Assembly (NCBI RefSeq): GCF_963921235.1
Contig: NC_086108.1
Location: forward strand, 79,982,001-80,046,000
Direction: 5' to 3'
Origin: Mobula hypostoma
Lineage: Eukaryota
Length of the DNA: 64,000 nucleotides
This document shows, in pieces, positions 1 through 11,600 of the stretch (position 1 is its first letter; the number at the start of each line of letters is the position of its first letter). The position numbers and the translations under genes are program-made. Below the pieces are notes generated by a model. The model saw nothing but the letters and a program-made list of their open reading frames with translations. It searched no databases and was not told the DNA's origin.

Positions 1-38
1 CATGAATCTAGTGACCATGTAATACATTACCGAGATGG

Positions 39-39
<1 letters not shown>

Positions 40-70
<31 letters not shown>
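40..70. repeat. (TG)n microsatellite
   Basis: Direct reading. Confidence 0.95.
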
Positions 71-71
<1 letters not shown>

Positions 72-854
72 CATGCATGGTGTATCATCATGTGTGTTCA
101 TGAACATGTGTGTCTGAATGCGAATGCATATCAGTGTATATATGTTCCATGATTCTATCTTCACCTGTCTTTAACATTCATACATTTTTTCCGTAAAGAT
201 TATTGAATAAGAATCAGGACTGTAAACTCAAGGCTTATTTCTGCACCTTGACATGCCTCTCAAACTTCAAAATCATTCTTGCTCTTTTTTTAAAAAACCA
301 TGCTTTTGGTCACTACCTCTAACCTCTGTTTGAGTCACTGTTCAAATCTCTTTGTAAATTACCTTGCAAAATTAATTGGCACAAATGCATGTTTATTTTT
401 GTTGTAAGGTGGTTCTAACTAGCTAAGTGTGAGCATTAAAACTCAAACCATCCTGCTTGTAAAATTTCAGACACACATCACACCTAGCCAATTAAACTAG
501 TGTGGAGAACTTACATTTTCAGCTTAGGTCATGTCCAGCCCTTTGGACCATAGCTTCTCAACTCAGGTTTTCCAATGTGACAGAATACCCCCAATATTGA
601 TCATGAAGAATCCAGCTGGTGATATTGAAGAGGGACCAATCATTCTTTACAATGATCTCTTTGGCTCTACTAAAAATGAAGAAGCCATGGATTTTGAATC
701 ACAGAACTTCAAATGCTTCCTCAAATTTCTGCCATGGATGGTACTGAGGCAATCAGTCTCAGAACTCCACTACGAGTTCAATTCTGTCCTGTGGTACTGT
801 GTGTGTGTGGAGTGTGCACAGACGCATAGATTTCCACTCACGTCACAGATACAT

Positions 855-1060
855 AAACACAAGAGATTCTGCAGATGCTGGAAATCCACAGCGACACACA
901 CAAAATGCTGGAGGAACTCAGCATCTACGGAAATGAATAAACAGTCAACATTTTGGACCGAGTCCCTTCATCAGGACAGAGGGTCTCGGCTCGAAACATT
1001 GTCTGTTTATTCATTTGCAGGAATCCCTCCTGACCTGCTGAGTTCCTCCAGCATTTTGTG
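855..1060. mobile_element. Penelope-derived palindromic non-autonomous element with degenerate hammerhead core
   Basis: Inverted arms CACAAAATGCTGGAGGAACTCAGCA ... TGCTGAGTTCCTCCAGCATTTTGTG; minus strand reads CTGATGAAGGGACTCGGTCCAAAA. Confidence 0.75.
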
Positions 1061-2525
1061 AGCATTGTTCACAGAAGCATGCTGGTTAGTAAGCAAATAG
1101 TTACAATAAACTGCGTCTAGTGTCAAAGGTAACGGGGAATTAAGGACGGGAATGTGATTGATGGAATTTTTCTGAGAACCAGCATTGACTCAAGGCCCTA
1201 CATCTACTCAGCAGGACTGAGGGAAAACTTTGTCCTTCTCACCCTGAACCCAGTTTAGTTTCACTGTGGATCTCTGCCGTTTAACAGATCACTCCTAAAT
1301 TCTCTCTCCATTCAACTTGCCAAGAATTTTAATATATAAAATGAATTTCTGCTCACTGTCCTTTCCCAAAATGAACCACCTCATACTTCTCTGCCCTTTC
1401 TCTTTTTGTCCTCACACAATGCCTTTATTGTTTGCCAAGTCTTCAATAAGATTCCTTTGTCTTTCTTCACTGTGAAACTATTCATTTTACTGGAAAACCA
1501 AAGTCCTTCCAGCATAGGAAACAGCATCACCTCCAGCACAGTAATCTACAGCATGCTCCTGCCACCCTGCTCCGTTCCACTGCATTTCCTGTAACTCCAC
1601 CATCTCTTCACCTCAATAGACATCTTCTTAATAGATCAATAACTTCAAGTTATTCTTTACAAATAACCCCTGATTTCCTTGCAAACTTATTGGTATACCT
1701 GAAATATTTTTGATATCTATTTAACCATTCTGAGTCAATTACATACGAAGCAATGGACAGGTGGTAAAAGAAATTTATCATCTAGTCCAGCAAACCCAAG
1801 TCCACAAGAGAAATGATTGAATATTTAATAAGTATCATATAAAATATAAGATTAGTCTATAGAATTAACGATGTATTGTACTTTGGTTCCTTATTATATC
1901 AACTGGTTTGGCCATCATCTAAGATATCTATATGACTGATCGAGCAACACATCAAAAGAGCGACTGCCATGATACACTATCAATCTGTGATCTATCGTGT
2001 GCTTTACACTGCCTCATCATCACTGGCGGTTTAAAAAGCTTATCAAATAACAGGTCAGATACTCCACTAATGATAGGTTCAGCATTTGCTGTTCAAAAAC
2101 TTAAATTACTAGCTTTATTTGTGTCCCTTTCATAGCTGGACATAAAACTGACATTCTAAGGGCAACAGGTTTTCATGCTGCTGGTAAGTAATGTTCAAAG
2201 AGTTAATCTTTAACATCTTTTGCTGTTAACAACTTAAAGCTAGTGAAGGGCAGTAGCTAGTTCAGTGGTACTATAATTACCCATTCATGTGGTGGGCGGT
2301 GCAGATAAATAATCAATCTGTTACACTGAGCTAACTGTAGAGCAAGCCTGTAATGTACAGTTCATGCTTTATCACTGACAAAGAGCTCACCTGTTGAGCC
2401 CTTTCACCTCTTCTGCTAATACAGGTAAGTTCCTTACTTGCAGAATTAATTCATTATCCATTCCTCACATTAAATTCCATTTCATGCAAAAGAAAAGTCA
2501 CATTAAAGATGGCAATTGTCAATAC

Positions 2526-2673
2526 CTCAACAAACTTTCGTTGCCAGTTTTCCAAAATGGCTGTTGCCTTCTCCAAGTTCCAGTTGATATCGTGGATTTC
2601 ATAATCATCCTTATAATGTTCATAAAGTTGCTTGGGGCTCATCAGCAGATACATGGTCTGTAAAGCTTCAGCA
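2526..2673 (-). CDS. ptch2: ptch2 exon 8 ([49 protein letters not shown])
   Basis: 148 nt; acceptor tttcctcctcactcaag, donor GAG|gtattg. Confidence 0.95.
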
Positions 2674-5600
2674 CTTGAGTGAGGAGGAAAACATATACAA
2701 TTGATTTATAAAAGAAGCACTTGAATTTTTATAGTTCCTTTTCATACAGGCTGCAAAAATCTTCTCCTGCCAGTTGAGTATTTCTGCAGGGCTGTTTTGG
2801 ATTTTAATGAGGGAAGGTGTCCAAATATCATAGGATGTTTAAAATCAAGACGTCATCAGTTCAGTAAGTGTGTATTGTGCCTTTATTAATGAAATTGTTT
2901 CTACTTCAAACCCAGAATATGCTCAAAAATCAAAGGACTGCATTGCATTTGGTAAGAACACATCAGTGACATGGTGGCACTGAGCACTGGAGCTCAAACA
3001 TGCCAGTTATAGAACTTTGGCATCCGGAGCTGGCCTTCATGCTCTTGGATAAAGGGGAGAAATCAGCCAGTATTGCTCGTACTGCCTCATGTGAGAACTA
3101 TGCAAGTGTGGCTATCAGACGAGGGGAATGTCAGGTTCAGCTGTAAACAAGATCATGCTGGAGCCCTGAAATAAACACATTTCAGAGTCCAGACCACACA
3201 GCACCCACACAAAACAAAAACAGATTCAACGTATTAAACACAAGAGTTTCTGCAGATGCTGGAATTCCAGAGCAACACACTCAAAATGCTGGAGGAACTC
3301 AGAACTCAGCAGGTCAGGCAGCATCAATGGAAATGAATAAAAAGTCGATGTTTCAGGCAGAGACCCTTCTTCTGGACCAGAAAGGAAGGAGGAATACACC
3401 AGAAACGGTCATATTAAATTGAAGATTTGTCAGTATGAGCGATTCTGGCATTTTCTTTTTTAGAAAATCGGGCTTAGCTCCGATGCCTTTCACAGTTGAA
3501 CTATTCATTGAGTAGTAGTAGTATAAAATTTGTTGCTTGTCTGATCATCGACCGTCAAGAACCTATGACTGTGAAGAAAGACATTCAGCCTTTTGTGCCT
3601 GTGCTTTGGAGGGTTGTTTGGAAGAATTTACATCAAAGTCAATGAACACAAGATAGGAAATTTCCAATTAATCTGAAATTAAATGGTGTTTGTGAAAGAT
3701 GCACACAAAGCACTGCAAAAGGCCCAGAGACTTGATATAATCAATAACCATTTCTCTAACTCTACCCTGGATGGTGTAGGTCCTCATTGATGATATGGTG
3801 AGGAAGATGGACACTCTTGGAAGAGTAAACACTGCCAGTTCCTGTTACAGTAGCTCTGTAGTTGTATAGGTGACTGGTTATGTTTAATTCCAGTGTTAAC
3901 ATGTGAATAATGGCCACTGGGAGGAGCTAACGAAGGGTGTCAGTGTCCCAAATCTTGTTCCAGTACAGAGGAAAGAGGTGTGTAAGAAAAATTAGCAAGG
4001 AAAAACAATGAAAGAGAAGAGACTAATGAAGGGATATGGCATGTTTATCTCTATTGCTGGGGGCATTGAGTATCAGCATAGGTACGGTGTCACTGTACAA
4101 AACTTTGGTTGGGCTGCACTTGGAGTATTGCGTGCAGAAAATTGTGGATGCTTTAGAAACGGTACAGAAGGGATCTACCAGGATGTTGCCTGGATTCAAG
4201 AATATGACCTGTAAAGAGAAGTTGGACAACCTTGTCTTTTTTTTTCTCAGGAGCATCAAGAGCTGAGGAGATACCTGATGGATGTTTATAATATCATGGG
4301 AGGCAGAGATAAGGTAAGCTGTCAGATTCTTTTTCCCAGGGCAGACATGGTGAATATCAGAGGACATACACTAAAGGTGAGAGGGGGAAAGATTAAAGGA
4401 GATGTGTAGGGCAAGATTTTCTTCTTGCTGGTTTTTAAACATACAGTGTGGTTGGAGCCTGTGGTTGCCAGGGTAGGGGTGGAAGTAGATGCAGTAATGG
4501 TGTTTAAGAGGCTTTTCGATAGACACATGAATATGCAGGGATTGGAAGGATATTGACCACGTGATAAAAGGTGCCTTGTAGTTTTTTATCTGCATGAACA
4601 ACACTTTCTCTGTAACGGTACACGATTCTGCATTCTGTTTTTTTGCTTTTCCCTTGTACTAGCTTTATGTGAAGAAATGATCTCTATGGATGGCATGCAA
4701 AACAAAGTTTTCACTGCACTTCAGTACACATAATACTAAACTCCTCTACACAATTTACACGTGGGTAGAAGAGATTTAGTTTAACGTGGCATTGTGTTCC
4801 GTATGGACACTGTGATCTGAAGGGCTCATTCCTGTGCTATGTTCTACAGACTTGTATCAACACCGACCTGCATAGGATTAGAAAAATATTTAGAGTAGCT
4901 TGTGTTATTTGCTCTAGAGATAGTTAAATAATATTTTCTTCGGGCCGAGATCTGACTCACTGTAATTTCTTCTTCTTGAGAAGTTTTCTACTAGTGTCTG
5001 TTTTCACTGGTCCACATGTCATTCAGTCAGAATCTCGAGTTCTCAGCCTGAAACTTTAGAGCTGGGTCAGGTGACCTATCATTGCCTTTAGCACTAGGGT
5101 TTATCTGACCATTTAAAACTCCTCCCAACACCTTAACAATACCACAATTTTATGACCCTTCATCAGGGAGATTTCACGCAAGTTTAGTCACAGGTGCAAA
5201 TTCAAATCTGTGTTTTCAGCTACTGGGCAGCCTTCTGGTTGGCACCCTGACAATCAGAGCTCAGACAGTGCAACCAGGATATAATAAATCATATCACAAA
5301 GTAGTGTTTCCAGGTCTTTCATGGTCTGTTTAAAGGGACTGCACCACATCCATGGAGATTTCCCAGGTCATGTTCTGGGCACAGCACCAACTCTGTTGTA
5401 ATCCCACTCATTTTACATTGATTTCAAACAGAGAGAAAAAAAAGACACAAAAATACTGGGATTGTGTAACATTCCATTCATTCTTACATGACTTAGACTG
5501 TTTCTTTTTTACAATTTGAAGTGATCTGTGTTATTTTCTCCTCTCTTTTGGTTCCTGTCTTTCCAGAGCCACACACATGCTCCCCAGGAATGACGTGGAG

Positions 5601-8600
5601 ACAGACAGGGAGATCAGCTGCCAGCTTTCGCCACTGCCTTCGCAGGAAGGTGCAAAGCAGTAACCCTGAAAAGGACTTAATTAGTCCGGGAAAGTAGGAA
5701 GCTCTCATGATTGTAACAGCAGCTGCAACCAGTAAATGACGACCACTGACGCATTCGATGTTACCACACAACTAAAGCCACCTGTTCCTTTCCCTCTTCT
5801 CTATTAAATAAAACACGATGCTTCATTTAATCAATAACGGAAACTAAGCAATATTATGGATGATTAGAATTTGCATTACCTTAAAGGTGAAGTACTTAAA
5901 CTAAAAATATCACTGTTGCTATATTTTACTTTAACCGCAGTGTGTTTTATTAAAATATTATATTAACATCCTTGCCACCTTCTGGAATATTTCTTGTGTG
6001 AAGCTAAACAAGTTAAACTGCTGAGCACATAGGCGAACTAATAGTGGAGTTTACTGCAAATACTTGGCAAGGCAGGCAGCCTTTTTGATGAAGTACAGGA
6101 ACATTTTTAGGTGACTGGTTTTAAAATCATCAGTTCATGAACCCAAGACTTTGCCATCTCTCTCCGTCTACAGATGCCGCCTGAAAATTTCCAGTGCTTT
6201 CTGTTTCTATTTTCAGGATCCACATAATGAACTGAAGAAAAAAACAGTCAATGACCTGAAGCACCCAGTGTTCCTTCAGAAATATTACCTGACCTGTTAA
6301 ATACCATTATTTTGTATGCAACACTGCAATATTTTGCATTATTATTTCAGTGGAGACTAGACAAATATTAGAATGTGAATCAGTTGAATTAATATGGATA
6401 TAGTTATGAGATCCATTGTTCATCCAAATTAATTGCAGAGATGATAAAAGCTTTCTTAATCGCAAAGGGTAAAATTCAGCGCTCATTCTCAGTACCAGAG
6501 AGTATCTACAACACCTGCCAATGACAGAGAAAATAAATAACCTTCCTTAAACCCAATGAAGATTAATAAATGTTCTTGCTCGCAATGGAGATGCTAAAAT
6601 GAGAAAGGTTTCTAGTGGAGTTGATAGTATTTTTATAAAAATCTCCTTTCCTTCAGCCCAGAAACCTTGGGAGATCTCAGAGAAACATGAGTGGATGCAA
6701 CGGTATCAGGGTCCTGACCCAACCATTGAAATGACTCATTCACACAGCTTTACACCTTAGGGTTTCTGCTCTCTGCATAAGAACCAGTAGTGGAGTGAAG
6801 GTTCCTGGACTTCCAGATCCGAAATCCTTGTCACCTTAGGGGCTACCACACTTGTTCCTACACCTTTTCTCTTCTTACTACCATCCAGGTACCTAAACAT
6901 CCTTTTCAGGTGAGGCAGAGATTCATATGCACCTCCTCCAACCTGCTCTACTGCATTTGGTGTTCATAATGTGGCCTCCTCTACACTGGTGAAACCAAAT
7001 GTAGATGACGCAATGATTTTGCAAAGCAACTGCACTCTGTCCACAATGGCCATCGTGAGCTTCCAGTAGCACATCACTTCCTCTCACCTTTCTAATCCTA
7101 CACTGACCTGTCCTCGGCCTTTTCCAAAGCCATGCTGAGGTCAAACGCATACAAGAAGAATGACACCTCATATTCCACTTGGGCAGCCGATAACTTAATG
7201 GTATTAACACTGAATTTTCCAATTTCAGATAACCCACTCCCTGTGATCTTTCCCATTCCCAAAAGTCCACTTCAGGTCTCTTTCCCTTATTTAAGTGTCT
7301 CCATTCCTCCCACTTTCATATCTAAACTTATCACCGTCCCCAACCTGGTTCCATCGACCCATGATCCCTTCTATTTCCATCTATCACCTAACAACCTCTG
7401 TATCTATCCTTCCCCCTTTTCCTCCCAGCTCCATCTACATAATTTTGTTTACTCTGCTTAGTTACATCCCATTACATTAGCCTCTTAAGAGAGAAAAAAA
7501 GAAAGAAACTTTGACCTAAACATTGGAATGAATTCAATTTTGTTCGAGACTTCAGGAAGCATAACTTATTCTCTCCCCCCAACCCCATACCTTTAACTTT
7601 TCTTTTTCTTCTTCTCTTACCTCAGCAATATGTTCTGGGAATTTTTCTTCACACCACCCAAAATCAACTCTTCTTGCCAATGCATAAACCTCTTTGAGAA
7701 TCCATGGCAACCACCAGTTAACTCAGTGGAAATATTAGGAGCCTGTAACAATATAAAATCTTAAATTATTTTATTTAATAGCATCACAGTGACCTTTAAA
7801 TTTGCCCAAATGCAGGTTCCACACTTCAGTGCAGTTCCTTGAGAAAAGGAGCATCAATGGTTCTCAGAAAAATAATGATCAAGTTATTAGAACCTTTACT
7901 ATCAAGTTATTTTGTATAGGTTTGAGTGGACCTGTATGTCCAAAAAAGCATTTCATGTACTGGACGAACCAGACGGAAGGAACCAACTTTACATAGAACT
8001 GTTAAAACTTGGGTAGTTTGTTTCAGCAACCATACCCTTCAGAAATGAGGCTTATCATTGAAAAAGATTGATCTCAGTCATGTGTAGATTCAAACTCAAT
8101 GACCTAGAATTAACTTTCGAGTAAAAGTTCATCTGGTCCAAAAATATAGCTGCCCTAATAAACAAGGAAACTGTCTGATGAACACTGGCATGCCCAAGAA
8201 TGAAAATATTCCTCAACTGTGTTGACAGAAAACAATTGGGCAAACAGAGCTCTTTTACATTTAAAGATTGGGTGTTGAGGCTCGCATGAAAATTCCCATA
8301 TTACTCTGAGCAAAAGGACAAGTGCTCAAATTGCTGAGGCCCAAAATTTACCTAAAGGTTAAAATATCAGAAATAAACTACCAATCAATGGGGAACTCAA
8401 AAGAAAGTTGCAGAAAATAGCAGGCGGTGGAAATCTGAAATTAAAATGGACAATGATAGATAAACTCAGGTCAGCCAGCATCTGTGGAAAGCGGAACAGA
8501 GTTCTGATTAATGATCTTCCAGCTGAAATGTTGTCTCAGGTTCTTTTCCTACAGATGAGTTCTGACCAGCTGAGCGTTTCAGCAGTTAATGAGACACATT

Positions 8601-11600
8601 GACAAAGGGCTTACCTCCAGTGATCTTTTGTTTCGGGCAGTCATGGGGCACTCAGAGTCATCTGGTTGTAAGCATAGCCTGTCCATGTAGGCATGTCCTA
8701 CTTGTGCCTTCTCTAGCATCTCCCTGAATCCTTCCAAAGACGTAAACTGCCCCAGTTCATCCAGGAGCTGCACTGGGTCCAGGTTCATCCACTGAATATC
8801 CGGCTTTCCTCTGCTGAAGGAAATGTATATTAATTTTTTGCTGGCAAGATTTTTGTTTTCATATCTCCAGCTGATACCAATGAAATGCTGTTCTGGGTTT
8901 GTCTGTAACCAATAGCCTGTAAACCAGCCTAACGAGCTGTGCATTAACTGTATTATGATGTGGCTTGAACTCTTTTTCACTGGAGTTCGATAGAGTGGGT
9001 CATGGGCAAGTTGTTGTTGCATCCACAGCAACAGGGTGTAAGTTGAAAATCCAGTCTGGACTGGTATTTACAGTCAACTTAGATGGTTCTTATTAAAACC
9101 AGTAGATGGAGTACTGCACTAGAGGTCAGATAATAGTTAATAATTACTCATTGCAAATATATCACTATTAGTATTGCAAAAGTTTAGCAATATTCATTGT
9201 TATAAAACTAGGTTCTCCACAGGTGAAAAACACAACTACTCTCTTTAATGACCAGCTAGAGTCATAGAATACTACAGCACAGAAACAGGCCCTTTGTCTC
9301 ATCCAGACACACCAAACCATTAATCTGCCTCATCCCATTGGCCTGCACCTGGACCATAGTCCGTACCCCTCCCATTCATGTACCTATCTAAATATCTTTT
9401 AAATGTTGAAATCAAACCCGCATCCACCACTTTCAATGGCAACTTGTTGCATACTCTCACCACCCACTGAGTGAAGAAGTTCCCCCGCTCCCCATGGGTT
9501 CACCCTTAACCCATGACCTCTAATTGTAGTCTCACCAAACCTCTGGAAAAATCCTGCTTGCATTTACCCTATCTATACCCCTCATAATTTTGTATACCTC
9601 TATCAATTCTCCCATCAATCTTCTACAGTCTAGGGAATAAGGTCCTAACTCATCCAACCTTTCCCTATAACTCAGATCCTCAACTCCCAGCAACATCCTT
9701 GTAAATTTTCTCCGCATTCTTTCAATCTTACTTATGTCTTGCCTGTAACCTGCCTCTCTAACCCCATTTCACTCCACTTGACTAGTAGAAAAGTGCTGAA
9801 TCTTTGAGTCGGCAAGGGCAGTTTTGTACTAGAGACAACCAAAATGTCATTTATACCCAGCTGTTAAATATAAACATGATGCTCTTCAACCAACCTTAGC
9901 AAGAGAGAGTTGATGGAACACAGAGCTCTAATGACCCAAGTAAACTGCATTTCTACATGTTTGAACCATTGATTACAGAAGGTTGCTGAAATGTCTCTTA
10001 ATTATAAAAGTCAGTACATTTCAAAAGTACTCTGTTGGCTGTTAAATGCTTTTGGATATCTTGTAAGGACATAAAAGGTAGCATATAAATACATTTTATA
10101 AATTTCTTTTCAACTAAGGCATAAATATTCTATAATGAGGATCCCACTCTCATGCAAACTTTATTGCTGGTTTCAGAATATGTTGCCAGATGTTATAAGA
10201 ACTTTGCCAAGTTTCTTCAAAGATTCTTTGAACAACTAAAGTTGCTTTTGAAACTTTTTTCAATTTCATGAGGCAGATGCCACTTACAGAAGGAGTTTCA
10301 ATATCAAGCACCTTTGTTACATGCATCCCAGTCAGAACCTCTTAAATATCTTTTCATGCTGTATCGTATTTTAATTTTATGTATTGCTTTATATGTAATG
10401 TATATCAGTGAGTGCTGGGTATGTTGGAGCAGTTGCAAAGCAAGATGATGTATGACAAAGGAATTATTACTAACCTGGTGAACCTCTGTATTTTATTTTA
10501 TCTGTTGTCATTTCAACTGTGGGTGTTAATTCGTAACACCCCTACTGTCAAATTTAGCAGAAACTGTTAATGATATTCCAGTTATAGTTTCAATTAAAAA
10601 ATACTACTGCCCAAAAAAATCCCCAACAAAAATAGACATTGCAGAAAGAAATACTATTGACAATCATAAATCTTGCTTACTGTTCACATTGCAGTGGGGC
10701 TACTGATGACAAGACTCCCTCTTTATGAAAGTGATAATATCTGTTTAAGTTACTGTGCATGACTTCCTCTGTCCACTACTTGTAGTGAAATCAAAAACAC
10801 ATGTATGAAGAATGCATGTATAACTTGGCTACAAATGATAAACAGAAGACTTTTCCTCCCCATGTCACCAAATTCTTCTGATCACTGTGTGCTTCCATTG
10901 CAAAACTCTTCTAGGGATGTTCTTAGGGGAGAAAGTAATTCTGCAGGTAACTTCTGTCAAAGGGAACTGTTTACCCTGAAAGGAGACAGCCTCCAGTCAT
11001 GTTCTAAAGATTCTAATTACAAGTCATTGAAACAGTCCAATATTTCATGCAATTTCACCAAAGCTAAATATGAAATGGCCAAAAAAAATGAGGAGGCCAT
11101 GAATATGAATATTCTTTAAAAAAAGTGTTTCCTTAATGTCAGTTTGTCCTCTGTTTTCAAAAAAAAATTACAAAACAGAATGGGGCAGTCTGCCAGCAAG
11201 AACTTCCAATTGACTATATTTATCCATGGAGGTACCTTCTCCTTTAAGCTTCTATCGTTGCCAGATGCAGAGTAAAAGACCATGTATTATCCCATTATGC
11301 AGGAACAAAGTGAGGGAAAGCCTGACCAGGCCGCGGTGCCCACTCACATTTCTTAACTTTGTGCAGTGAGACATGACAATTACTGGGGAACTCTAAAATG
11401 TCTTGATATTACTGGTCTTTGGCCTGTTCTGGGCCATTTTGAACTCCTGTAATGAAGGCAAGGAAAAGACTCGCTCCATATCTGTTGACATTTTTGGGAT
11501 AGTCATCGAGGTAAGCTGTGAATTGTCATACAAAGCCATCTACAAGGGAGGGGAGCAGACCCTTTGATGATGCTTTAAGAAGGAGTCCTAACTAAATTTT

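Noticed and set aside
531..1061. 176-aa plus-strand ORF; also searched 1-2525 for ptch2 exon 9
   Set aside because: The 3' half is a Penelope-derived repeat and the rest has no recognisable homology; no exon 9-like sequence (TTTLxDI..GYLLM) was found, so exon 9 lies outside the window.
7651..7660. GLI-like CACCACCCA
   Set aside because: Lies in exon 7 and is explained by the LGGV codons.
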